64,000 nt of DNA from Octopus vulgaris (lineage: Eukaryota), in the NCBI GenBank assembly GCA_951406725.2, contig OX597817.1:6324001-6388000 (forward strand). The letters run 5' to 3'. The stretch's first letter is position 1. Every line of letters starts with the position of its first letter. The translations under genes were made by a program, and so were the position numbers. Under the pieces are notes generated by a model. That model saw nothing but the letters and a program-made list of their open reading frames with translations. It searched no databases and was not told the origin of the DNA. Of the stretch, positions 14,114-27,478 are shown in pieces.

Positions 14114-14589
14114 AGTTGGAGGTGTTAAGCCCTCAAAGTGATAGAAGAATCCAGAGGCACTCCTGGTAATTACTCAGTAAGTACGGTCATTGGTATAAGG
14201 TATACTGCAGCAGGTAATTTAAAAAGGTAATCTGGTAGTTTAATGTATATATAGACGATAAGAAAACGGAGAGAAAACAACAAATATATGTGTATCTGTG
14301 GTGTTAAAATGCTATTATTTAATTAGTTAAGCAAGGTGAAGCTAAGAATGAGTTTACATCTGTTTCTTTGTACCACGTTGAGGTAAAAATAAAAATAACT
14401 ATAGAAAGAAATATAATAATCATAATAGCAGCGCTTTACACTCTACACGAACACTGAGGATAGCTCCTACTCCAAAAATAATATGATTAAAAATGAACGA
14501 AATAGTGATAAGATCTGGTTAATAAATCCTCTTCGCGATAAAACTCAAATCTAATATAGTTCACTCCATAATGAGACTTACAGATAAAC

Positions 14590-15291
14590 ACTTAAACTTA
14601 AATAACACATACTCAGGAATCTTTAGGAATAAAATTAGTGTAGGCCATAGCGTAACTAGTAACCTAGCTACCATGATAGCCTCGATAAACAATAATAAGC
14701 TAGATGCCTTCAGCGAGACTAGGAGGGATACCAGCATAAAGGTAACTGCCAGCAGGCAAATGGAATAAATATCATCCCTAATAGTCCGCCCTCAAACAAC
14801 ACGGACAACGACCTGATAAATAATAACCCCCCACAACATAACACAAACACAGATAATCTGAATAATTTATGTGGCTGCAGAGACAGAAATATGTGTCAAT
14901 ACTCCAATAGATCTAAAGCAAAAGAAAACCTAATATACCAATGCGATGTACTCGCAAATAACCCTACAAAATCTTATATAGGAGACACGAAAAATGAAAT
15001 GATACTTAGATAAAAATTTCCACCAAGCTACCTTTAGAAATAAAGTAAAGCAAATTCTACAGGACTTAGTAGCTACATCTGGAAATTAAAAGACAAAAAA
15101 TCAACCATAGTTTAGAATGGGTTATCCTAGCAAAAACTTCGTCTTATACCATTAATAATAAGCGTTGTGAGCTCTGTATAATAGAGAAACTACTAATTTC
15201 AATGGCCAAATCACCTCCACTCAATAAAAGATATGAAAATAATAATTTTTGTTTGTATAAAGGCCGATTCGTATTCTCTAAGCTTCGTTAA
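14590..15291 (+). pseudogene. Penelope-like linker + GIY-YIG endonuclease C-terminus, frameshifted
   Basis: Manual translation gives GIFRNKISVGHSVTSNLATMIASINNNKL, CGCRDRNMC (CxCx5C, 14870-14896), ENLIYQCDV, STGLSSYIWKLKD and EWVILAKTSSYTINNKRCELCIIEKLLI...LNKRYE...stop at 15289-15291. Confidence 0.8.
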
Positions 15292-15490
15292 ACCCGCTCA
15301 TTCCTGTATACACCACCATTTCCTAGCTTAAATGTTATTAGCAGACATACTTATATCAGCGTATTACCTCCACTTGACCCTCTCGAACCTAACTAGCTCA
15401 CGCATACCCAACCCACATTATAAATAAATAAAAATTGCTGTATCTTACGCTAGCCTACCTCATTGCACATTATCAATAAATAATTCATAT

Positions 15491-15918
15491 AGGCGCAGGA
15501 GTGGCTGTGTGGTAAGTAGCTTGCTAACCAGCCACATGGTTCCGGGTTCAGTCCCACTGCGTGGCATCTTGGGAAAGTGTTTTCTGCTATAGCCCCGGAC
15601 CGACCAATGCCTTGTGAGTGGATTTGGTAGACGGAAACTGAAAGAAGCCTGTCGTATATATGTATATATATATATGTATATATATATATATGTATATATG
15701 TGTATGTGTGTGTGTGTTTGTCCCCACAACATCGCTTGACAACCGATGCTGGTGTGTTTACGTCCCCGTCTTTTAGCGGTTCGGCAAAAGAGACCGGTAG
15801 AATAAGTACTGGGCTTACAAAGAATAAGTCCTGGGGTCGATTTACTCGACTAAAGGCGGTGCTCCAGCATGGCCGCAGTCAAATGACTGAAACAAGTAAA
15901 AGATTAAAAGAGTAAAAA
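15491..15918 (+). mobile_element. SINE family A, full length
   Basis: Near-identical to 7156-7612, with a shorter central microsatellite. Confidence 0.9.
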
Positions 15919-16598
15919 GTATACCTAATCTACTTTCTACGCTAGTCCAGCACTACCAACTCTTTTTACACGTTAAATTACCCCTCTTCTATCTTTTTCT
16001 TTTCCTTTTCATTGCACTCCTCAAACCTAAATATTATTCCGATACCTTGTCTTTGCACGCTAAATCGTTCTCCTGCTAGATATAAACTTTAACCTTATTT
16101 ACGGCTTCCTTTGCAAATATACGAACTGACCACAACCTATAAATTAGTGACACATAGCGCGTATTAACCAAACCGGATATCCCTAATTAGGGATAACTCC
16201 ATCAGATTACACCGGCGATCAACTAGCCGAACAGGCGGATAAGTGGAAGTCATGCAAATAACTAAATATGAGACTTCAAATTCAACCTGCCTCTATTCTT
16301 CAACTGCCTCACAATGGATTTAATGAACTTTGAGCCTAACTAAAATATAAGACTTTCGAATCTTTCAGTCTATTCTTCTCTATCTTTCAGTCTATTCTCT
16401 TCTTTGTCTATCTCTGACTTTCTCCTTCTCATGACGTCTACCATTTGCAGCGAGGTAAATTCATACTTACCTAAACATGGTACACAGAAACAGCTACAAA
16501 CTCACTCTTACCTTCACCTTGCTTAACTAATTTAAAAAATGGCTTTTTAGCACCAGAGATACACTACTATTTGTTGTTTTTCCTCCATTTTCTTATCA

Positions 16599-16680
<82 letters not shown>

Positions 16681-17461
16681 TGTATGTATGTATGTATGTA
16701 TGTATGTATGTATGTATGTATGTATGTATGTATGTATGTATGTATACAAATACACATGTGGTCGTTTGAGCTTGTATTTATATGCATGTGAGTGTTAATA
16801 TTCATACATATAAGCGACTACACAAGAAATTTATATAAATGCTATCACATATTCTTCATACAAGCGTTACTGTCTAGCCTACTATTGACACGTGCTCTGT
16901 AAGAAATTTTAAGACATATTAGATCTAACACACCTCCGTCTCTGCTTCTTCGTTTTCTTACATCGTTAGTATTTCTCCAAAGATTACTATTATGAAGATA
17001 TAAATACATTGCGGAGATTCTGTTCAGGTAATTAATTTCAAGAAGGCTAGACTAATCAGTGTAATGTTACAAAATGGGGTTAAGTTAATTGGCATCGTTG
17101 TTTTTGTATTTATATATACATAGACACGCACATTCTTAGGAGGCCCTAAGCTGACACAAGCACACATACAGACTTCCTATCACACAAGCGTACAGATGTT
17201 CATTCATACGCGCAAACACAGAGGGACAAAATCAGAAGACAGCCCCCCCCCCGACCACTACCCACTACATTGGGTTTTGTGCACGTTGAAATATATACAT
17301 ACACATACGTCTACATAAATGTATTTATCTCAAAATTTTCTGTAGCTATTTATATATTGATCAATATTTACTCTCTCTCACTAAGTATATACATATTAAA
17401 TCTCATCACAATTATATTATATATATAAATGTAAGTATGTATGTATGTGTGTGTGTGTGTG

Positions 17462-18062
17462 TGATTGCTTCATCTTGAGAGATGATAGCCATCTCATCAA
17501 TACACACATCACACTCCATCACACAGTACAATCACTCCGTTGGTGAGTCGTTAGATGACTTTTAGACCCAACTGCTAACTGAAAGGGTTTAAAACACAAG
17601 TGACAAATATTATTCAAGATTTTTCTATACCTCTGCCCATTGGAATCTGATTCTGAAGGAATGTTATGTGCAGATATTGTCTTACAAGATATTTGACGTA
17701 TGACACAAGTCGTAAGAGGTAGTTGATGTCCAAGATCCTTACCTATCTGGGCATTATGATTGTCTTGTGACTTCATATGGTTCACATATCCTGCTTTTGA
17801 CAACAGAACATGGTCACATATAATACATATCCAATGTTCACTGTTGATCACAGTTCCAATTGTTCTTTTGAGACAGGTCCTTTGCGGTTCAGAGTGCTCA
17901 ATCATCTTTTCCTCCCAGGCATTGCAACCAGTCCTAACAGCACCTCTCCACTTGTCCCCATTCAGAACATCATTTTCCCAATCACTTTTGTTCATATCTA
18001 GTTTCTTCACACAGTTTTTATACATTTTCCTCGGCTTATGTTGTGCTCGCTTACCCCGCTGC

Positions 18063-18064
<2 letters not shown>
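17462..18064 (-). pseudogene. RTE-clade LINE 3' end (post-RT region plus C2H2-like zinc fingers)
   Basis: ORF 17519-18064: GKRAQHKPRKMYKNCVK..DWENDVLNGDKWRGAVRTG..CIICDHVLLSKAGYVNHMKS..CHLCFKPF..KSHLTTH, typical of RTE/BovB C-termini. Short 3' UTR ends in a (CA)n tail. Confidence 0.75.
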
Positions 18065-18110
<46 letters not shown>

Positions 18111-18259
18111 TCATTTTCCCAATCACTTTTGTTCATATCTAGTTTCTTCAGGTTTTCCTTCACACAGTTTTAATACATTTTCCTCGGCTTATGTTGTGCT
18201 CGCTTACCACACTGCAATTATATATATATATACATAACATTCATAAATACATTCATACG

Positions 18260-18433
18260 TGTTTGTATGTCTTTGTGTGTCTATTTGTCTCCCACCAGCG
18301 CTTCACAATCAATTACGTCCTGTAACTTTCGGTAAAAGAGACCTAGAGAATAAATTCTTCGTTCGACAAAAGGCGGAGCCCCATCAAGGCTGCAGATCCC
18401 TATGTGCTACGATTCAATTACTGAATGAAGTAA
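18260..18433 (+). mobile_element. degenerate SINE family A 3' half
   Basis: ttcggtaaaagagacc..gttcgacaaaaggcggagccccatc matches the family A tail. Confidence 0.6.
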
Positions 18434-18437
18434 CAGT

Positions 18438-18477
<40 letters not shown>

Positions 18478-19148
18478 CATAATAGATGGAAGTATGTGTG
18501 TGTGTCTATGTATGAGTATATTTGTGCTTTGTTTCTGTCTATTCAACTATACATGTATAAATCGAAATCTTCTACTGTCTTTACCACTCAGAACTTTCAG
18601 TCTCTCTCTCTTACATAATTTCTCACTACTTTTAGAAGATGACGGAAATAGAGAGACGGGGAGAATGAGAGAGGGAGAGTGAGAGAGAATGGGCGTATGC
18701 GTTAAAAGTAAGAAAAAATGAATGAAAAAAATAATACAAGGTGGGTAAAAATTAACGCACAAAATATGTTCAATGCGCTCTACACTTATCTGTGATACGC
18801 TTCCCTGAAATTGAATAAAATAAATAAAATGATGTTGAATACGCACGTACTTGTATATAAAGAGCAAAATGAATAGTAATTATAAAAACGACGTAATATA
18901 AATAAAATGTCAAATATTTTGGGTGCGTGACTTTTGACCCACCCTCTATATTATGGTGTTGGAGTAGAAAACAGAGCAGGGGCTAAATATTACATTTCTG
19001 AGAGTCTTATGTCTCGTATGTGCTACGTCTTTCACATTTTATTTTCTGACGTTAATGACTTGCTGAAGGATTTTCAGAATACGTACTGGAGATCGAAATG
19101 GACCTTCAGCTGATTTCAGTAAGAACAAATTTTCCTATTTTCCCTGTA

Positions 19149-19666
19149 CCGTAAATCCTCGAGTATAATCCGCACTTTTTTCCCAAAATTTAAAGGTCAA
19201 AATTCCCCGTGCGTCCTATATACGAGGTTAAAAATGAAAATTATTTTCTAAGCAATGTCCGAGTCTCTATTTGTTTTCCGGAAATGTTTATTCAAACACA
19301 TTTTGTTATGTTGGGCAAGAAAATCCCTTAAGCTAAGCCTGAAAGCCATGAAGTCATAAAGGAATCATCCATAACTTGCAGTAAGCAACATTTATTAAAA
19401 TAAAAGTATTCAGAACACAGAATAACATGTAACAAAAACAATTTGCAAACATATATTCCCATATAACAGTTGAGAAAATCACCATTATTGTATTACGCAT
19501 GCGCGGAAGTGTTTGTTCGACTAGTAGCTGCTGGCTTAATTACGCACGGCTCAAGATAGAGAAGGAGTGCGTATTATACACAAGGTTTAGGTTTTTTAGG
19601 GGTACAGCCCCCTAAATATCCCCTGCGTATTATACTCAAGAGCGGACTATACTCAAACATTCACGG
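19149..19666. mobile_element. Tc1/mariner (Tc2/pogo-like) MITE
   Basis: Imperfect TIRs CCGTAAATCCTCGAGTATAATCCGC / GCGGACTATACTCAAACATTCACGG. TA target duplication at 19147-48 and 19667-68. Internal gcgtattatac subterminal repeats. Confidence 0.8.
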
Positions 19667-21035
19667 TAACTACCTACTTAATTAAAATGCATTTAATTTA
19701 CTCTTTTAATGCATATTTTTCAAGTAAACCTCTGTGAAAATCCACCCAAGCATACTGTGTAATAAATGTGTCCAGTTTCTTCATAGATATATTCAATATA
19801 ACGAGATTTACAATTATTTCACCTTTCCAATTTCAGTGACAATACTAGTTCTTAACGTCGACTCTTCTTGCAAACATTTGTCTGATTTCCACAAGATTTT
19901 ATCGAACTCGAGGGCACAGGAACTCTTGTAAGCAACACAACCTCTCTGTCATACTGCGCCTCCTGTTTAAATATAAGCTTCTTGATTAATTAGTAACGCG
20001 ACTAATGAAATTTAGATGTACTCTATTGTTGAAAGACGTAGTGTTCTATATCAAAATGTCCAACTGTTTATGACACAGCATTGTTTGAAACGCCTTTCTC
20101 AGATATGACTTTAGATATAAGTACAACTAATTCTAGCATGTACGTGATACTATCAGTTGTTCCAGTTATGTCAAAAACATGCAGACAAATTTGCTTTATG
20201 AGTGGGAAGTGATGGTTGGGGTTGTTATAACACCGTTTTCAAAACAGCCAAGTCCAAGAATGGTCCAAAACATAACCACGGCTTTATTTTACAAAAATAT
20301 AAATAAGGAAAAAAGCACATTTTCAAACACATAGACACACACACACTCACTCTCTCTCTCTCTCTCTCTCAAACACACACACACACATATACGCATAAAC
20401 TAAGCAATAAATTAAACATTAAATTCAAATTTTTCTCCGAAAATCTTATAAGTAGGTAGAATGTTTGTAAGTATAGAAATATGCATTATATATTTCGTGA
20501 AAAACACTACGTGCACTAGCTGAAACAATAAATTGGAAAATTAAATTATATCTTTTTGTTAATATTGATATTGAATGTAAACAATTAAATAATTCAAACA
20601 ATCATAGTTCAATAACATATATATTAATTGTTTAATTGAATAATTATTGGATCTTAGATGTAAAAAGTATTATTTGAATTTTAGTAATATTTTTTTAGAA
20701 TGGTTTATATTATCAACACACTAATTATGTTATGAGTTCGTAATTAGTGTAGAAGGACAAAAGAAAATATTTTATCGCAAAGTATTTAGATTTATTTCAA
20801 TACAATACAGTTAGCAAAGGATTTACTAAAAAATGAGGTAGGGTTGAAATGTTAACAGATTATGTGTGCTAAGTAGTAGAGAACAAATTTCGGACCGGTG
20901 GATATTTCAACAAATGTAAAAATGCATAAACGTTCGATTTATCACATGCTATTCATGAGTTCTTCGTCATAACCGTCAAATATTGGGTTGTCTAATAAAT
21001 ATGTTCGCTCCCCGCTCCTCGCTACTAAGTATACC

Positions 21036-21269
21036 TATTTCTTTACTACCCACAAGGGGTTAAACAAAGAGGGGACAAACAAGGACAGACACACGGATTA
21101 AGTCGATTATATCCACTCCAGTGCGTAACTGGTACTTATTTAATCGACCCAGAAAAGATGAAAGGCAAAGTCGACCTCGGCGAAATTTGAACTCAGAACG
21201 TAGCGGCAGACGAAATACCGCAAAGAATTTCGCCCGTCGTGCTAACGTTTCTGCCTGCTCGTCGCCTTT
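21036..21269 (-). mobile_element. SINE family B, full length, with 17-bp TSD
   Basis: TSD tcgctactaagtatacc at 21019-21035 and 21270-21286. tRNA-like head (B-box gagttcaaattt). Conserved central gaggtcgactttgcctttcatc..gtcgattaaataagtaccag domain. Confidence 0.9.
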
Positions 21270-21554
21270 TCGCTACTAAGTATACCATCGTCATATTACT
21301 GCAACATAGTGAAATTTATTTAAATTTGAAAGCGTTAAGCATGTTTTTTTTTTTTAGATGAAAGCCATAAAGCATTACGATAAAAATATGTTTAAAGTTA
21401 ATCCAAATAGACTTGGAAAGGATTAAAATAAATGGAAAAAACACACGAATTGTTTGCATTTACGAATAATACATATACACAGCCAGGAAAACATGCATAC
21501 ACACGGATACACATTCCATTATCTGTTGGCCTCACATTCATTCACCTCTGTCTT

Positions 21555-21556
21555 TA

Positions 21557-21622
<66 letters not shown>

Positions 21623-21733
21623 ATCTAGTTATATGTCTGTCTATGTATTGTTTATCTATCCTATCTGTCTATCTGTCTGTTTGTCTGCCCCATCCTCTCT
21701 CTCTCACTCTCTCTCAATCTATCTATCAATCTG

Positions 21734-21812
<79 letters not shown>
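21555..21812. repeat. (TCTA)n/(TCTG)n compound microsatellite
   Basis: Read directly from the sequence. Confidence 0.9.
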
Positions 21813-22696
21813 CTGTATAGAATTTAAGCGTGATGAAACTAGGCACACACCTGATGAGAGCTGTTCCGTGCTTCTTTTCACGTAGACATTTTTCCGTTTA
21901 TATTTTACATATTTCACTTTCATTTTCATTACTAGATTTCCAGCGCACACAGTATCCGACTCTTACTATTTATCTGTACACGCTTTCCACTCTCGCTCAT
22001 ATGATTCTCTCTTTTCCTCTTCCGTAATGATATCTTGCTGTCCTGTTCTCACAGCCAATCATGATTCCTACTTTATATATTTTCATTGCCCAATGTTTAT
22101 GACATGTTTAACCTACTCACTCTCACATTTACTCCCCTTCTCTGTCTGTCTGTCTGTGTGGTCTCTCTCTCACCCCCCCCCCCCCCCACACACACCATAC
22201 ATCTTTCTAATTTCATCTATTACTCTCAGTTCGTTACTGAACTACAGCCACCGTGGTCTCAATCACAAAATTCACTTCACTCAGTCTGAAGTTTCTATCA
22301 TGCACGTTGTTCAAGTCAATGTTCTGAAACTTCCCGCTCTTCCTGTTGTTTAAAATGAGATATATTTGCACAGGGAACATTGCTTTATCCTGCCTAGTCG
22401 AAATACTACTACTACTACTACTACTACTACTCAGACAAATGCTCAAACATATGCATGTATGTATATATGTGCGCATGAATATAGAACTGTTACATATAGT
22501 TGCCTGAAGGCTTCCGTCAACGTTGTATATTTTTGTTCCCTTCTTTCTGACATCTCACACCATCCTAATATAGCTATCACGGGTGCAACAAGCGAAGTAG
22601 TACCATGAGACAACAAGGATAATTGCCTCCGTGGCAGATGAGCTATGAGTTTCAATCTTTCACTGCCATTTTCAAACGCGCATACACTGTAATAGA

Positions 22697-22765
<69 letters not shown>

Positions 22766-22769
<4 letters not shown>

Positions 22770-23597
22770 TAAAAACGGTAAGATAACAAAAGAAAGAAAG
22801 AGTACTCAATATTATGTGAATAGAGGAAATTTATCTGTAAATTAATATGTTACCATTATTCAATAGCAAAAATAAAACTCTGAATTTCGGATGCCGAAGT
22901 GGAAATCCACAACACCATCTCTTCGGTTATCTGGCCATGTGAAAAAACGCTAACAAAAAATACCGTTATATAAAGGGAAATTACTGTGTTATAATTCCGC
23001 TACTTATATAAATTAAGGTTAAAAGTTCATAGTAAACACGTAAACATGGCTACCCATACGCTCATGTGTGCGCTCGCGCATCCACGTGCGTAACGTATAC
23101 GTCACTATGAAAACGTACACATCTTTACTCGCATTTTTCGCCAAATGTATATGCATATATATACAAACTCATATATACGCCCCACCAAAAAAAACCCGGA
23201 AAGAATTGTAAAAATACTAATTAAAAACGTCTATATATATGTATTCTTATGCGCGCGTGTGTGTATGAGTTTGTATATATATGCGTATACATTTGACGAA
23301 AAATGCGAGTGAAGGCGTGTACGTTTTCATAGTGACATATACGTACGCAAGTGGATGCGCGAGTGCACATATGAGCGAATGAAGAGCCATGCTTACGGGT
23401 TTACTATGAACTTTTAACCTTAATTTATATAAGTAGCGGAATTATAACACAGTAATTTCCCTTTGAATAACGGTATTTTTTCACAACGTTTTTTCAGATG
23501 GCCAGATAACCGAAGAGATGATGTTGTGGATTTCTACTTCGGCATCCGAAACTCAGAGTTTTATCTTGGCTATTGAATAATGGTAACATTAATTTAC

Positions 23598-23602
<5 letters not shown>
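22766..23602 (-). mobile_element. palindromic Penelope-like mini-element, same family as 60590-61942
   Basis: Inverted arms ~22835-23180 / ~23255-23602. Tail 22766-22834 on the left arm only. (TA)n flanks. Hammerhead-like motifs at 22872-22930 (-) and 23506-23564 (+). Confidence 0.8.
23506..23564 (+). ncRNA. variant hammerhead-like motif (C4 core)
   Basis: ataa-CCGAAGA-gatg...catc-c-GAAA-ctcagag-TT-ttat. Conserved in four copies in this window. Confidence 0.5.
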
Positions 23603-23632
<30 letters not shown>

Positions 23633-23946
23633 TACGTATGTCAGTGTGTATGCATGCTTGTAAGCTTTCACTGCGCGCACGCGTAAGTGTTCCAGTGTGT
23701 CTGTCTGTGTGTCTGTGCATCTATGTTCAAATGTGTAAATGAATAAGAGAATTGCTCTCCTGTCCCCGTTCATCAGACCGCTTAATTTAAGTTTATATAT
23801 TTCTGTCTTCCACGAAAGGACACACACACGCACACACATACACACACACACATACACACACAAACGCACACACATACGCACGCACACACACACACACAAA
23901 CGCACACACACGCGCGAACACGCACGTTCATATGTATAAATACATT

Positions 23947-24002
<56 letters not shown>

Positions 24003-24459
24003 ATATATGTGTGTATGTATGTATGAATGCATGTGCTTGTAGGAGAGATACAGATAAAGCCAGAAACACTTTCAGATGCCCCAACAGATAACGAGATGAT
24101 TACATTTTACACTGGGGCGACAAGTCCGGATTTCATTTTAACTGTATTCATAATTTATAAAGTTATTTCCCGTCATGTATTCTACTATTCTTTACAGAAA
24201 ATATAGATGCCTTTATTTTATTGAGTCACATTTCCGGTCGTAATTTTCTGGGTCATAAACGGCGAAGTATATTAACTTTTTTTATTACCGAACTCGTAGG
24301 TGTATTTTAAATTAAACAGTAACATCACCTTCGGATTTTAGCTAATCAATAAGTACCACAGGAAATGGGGATTCATGTATATGCACGAATACAGATAGAG
24401 CGCAAAATAGGTTGCATAGACATATACGTAATAAATATATATATATATTTATATACATG

Positions 24460-24501
<42 letters not shown>

Positions 24502-24592
24502 TATCTATATATACTCACATATATCTATCTATCTATCTATCTATATATATATATATATATATAAATATATATATACATATATATATATATAC

Positions 24593-24629
<37 letters not shown>

Positions 24630-24650
24630 CATATATACACATATATATAT

Positions 24651-24710
<60 letters not shown>

Positions 24711-24711
24711 T

Positions 24712-24776
<65 letters not shown>

Positions 24777-24778
<2 letters not shown>

Positions 24779-25470
24779 AAAAATGTATATATGTACCTCT
24801 GCAAGTATATGTCTATGCATGTATATAAAAAATGTAAACATGTATGTGTACAAGCACACATCAATATGTTGTACATGTGAATGAATACGTATATATGAGT
24901 AGTTCTCTATGAGTGTTGTTAATTATGTTTTATTGGCTGCTATTCAACCTGTTCATATATGAATAATAATTTATGAGAATCTAAACAATTATCAATACCA
25001 TTAATCTATTTGAGAGCAAGCAAAAAAATCCACACTGATTTACACTTTTACATAAAATCCAAGAGATATATCTTCAGGCTCGAAATTATTATTGGCATAC
25101 AACTAACACACACACACATACACATAGAGGAACGCACGCACGCACACATACACAATTTACACATACATTTTTGCGCTTAGCAATTCATAAGAATGTAATT
25201 ACGTTATCGTAATCTCAGGCAACTCCTGCGACCTCAGCATCATTGTTCAGTAGATTCACGTAATCGTCAATCAAAATAGAACTCCTGCCGCTTTAGCTAT
25301 AATCCTATTCTCCTCGAAATCTATCTTTCTGCTTAGCTATATCTTTTACTGTTTTACTTGTTTCAGTCATTTGTCTATGGCCATACTGGGGCACCGTCTT
25401 TTAGTCGAGGAAGTCGACCCCAGGACTTATTGTTTGTTAGCCTAGTGCTTATTCCATCGATATATTTTGC

Positions 25471-25533
<63 letters not shown>

Positions 25534-25591
25534 TAAATTGGAGATAAAACCACTGTTAGGCAAATATATATATAATATATTATATATAATC

Positions 25592-25626
<35 letters not shown>

Positions 25627-26383
25627 AAAAATGTATATATGTACCTCTGCAAGTATATGTCTATGCATGTATATAAAAAATGTAAACATGTATGTGTACA
25701 AGCACACATCAATATGTTGTACATGTGAATGAATACGTATATATGAGTAGTTCTCTATGAGTGTTGTTAATTATGTTTTATTGGCTGCTATTCAACCTGT
25801 TCATATATGAATAATAATTTATGAGAATCTAAACAATTATCAATACCATTAATCTATTTGAGAGCAAGCAAAAAAATCCACACTGATTTACACTTTTACA
25901 TAAAATCCAAGAGATATTTCTTCAGGCTCGAAATATTTTTCGGAAATTACAACTTATTCACCGAAAATTTTACCCAAATATTTTTCGTAAATGTTCACCG
26001 AAATTTTACCAAAATTTTTTAAAAAGTTTTCGAAAATTTTACGCATCAAAAATTTTTCAAAAATTTTGCCCAGATATTTTTCGAAAATTTTCACAATTCA
26101 TAAGAATGTAATTACGTTATCGTAATCTCAGGCAACTCCTGCGACCTCAGCATCATTGTTCAGTAGATTCACGTAATCGTCAATCAAAATAGAACTCCTG
26201 CCGCTTTAGCTATATTCCTATTCTCCTCGAAATCTATCTTTCTGCTTAGCTATATCTTTTACTGTTTTACTTGTTTCAGTCATTTGTCTATGGCCATACT
26301 GGGGCACCGTCTTTTAGTCGAGGAAGTCGACCCCAGGACTTATTGTTTGTTAGCCTAGTGCTTATTCCATCGATATATTTTGC

Positions 26384-26434
<51 letters not shown>

Positions 26435-27415
26435 TAAATTGGAGATAAAACCACTGTTAGGCAAATCAAACAGTGAAAATCATAAGCCAATACATAGAAA
26501 TAAAATTAATCAAAAAATTTTCGGTGAATTTTCATAGTTTTCAAGTGTAAAGCAGAATCTGGTGTATCGTTGATGGTGAGGCATCTTGACTGTAGTAGTA
26601 AACTAGAATGCACTCTGTATATACTCAGAAAGCAGCAGCAGCAGCCAACTAAAATTCTATTTTTAGACATAACATAAATCTATTTGTAGCTCCGGAAAAT
26701 TTTCGAAAAATTTGAGGAAAATTTCGCTGAAAATTTTCGAAAAATTTTTGGGTAAAATTTTTGGGTGAAATTTTCGGTGAAAATTTTCGAAAATTGTTCA
26801 CCGAAAATTTTACCCAAAAGTTTTTCGAAAATTTTGCCCAAAAACTTTTCGAAAATTTTCACCAAAGATTTTTCGAAAATTTTCACAGAAAATTTTACCC
26901 AAAAATTTTTCGAAAATTTTCCCCCAAAATTTTTCGGAAATTTCCACAAACATTTTTTAAAAAATTTTCACCGAAAATTTTACCCAAATATTTTTCGTAA
27001 ATGTTCACCGAAAATTTTACCCAAAAATTTTTTAAAAAGTTTTCGAAAATTTTTAAAAAAGTTTTCGAAAATTTTCATCAAAAATTTTTCAAAAATTTTG
27101 CCCAGATATTTTTCGAAAATTTTCACAATTCATAAGAATGTAATTACGTTATCGTAATCTCAGGCAACTCCTGCGACCTCAGCATCATTGTTCAGTAGAT
27201 TCACGTAATCGTCAATCAAAATAGAACTCCTACCGCTTTAGCTATATTCCTATTCTCCTCGAAATCTATCTTTCTGCTTAGCTATATCTTTTACTGTTTT
27301 ACTTGTTTCAGTCATTTGTCTATGGCCATACTGGGGCACCGTCTTTTAGTCGAGGAAGTCGACCCCAGGACTTATTGTTTGTTAGCCTAGTGCTTATTCC
27401 ATCGATATATTTTGC

Positions 27416-27478
<63 letters not shown>

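Larger units (their letters stand above)
14246..16608 (+). mobile_element. 5'-truncated Penelope-like retroelement with inverted terminal arms (14246-14386 / 16467-16608)
   Basis: Inverted arms next to (TA)n enclose a GIY-YIG remnant. A degenerate GAAACAG(C/A)TGTA hammerhead half is in the arms. Interrupted by a SINE at 15491-15918. Confidence 0.75.

Noticed and set aside
21851-21885. CTGATGA hammerhead core
   Set aside because: No downstream stem II-GAAA-NUH.
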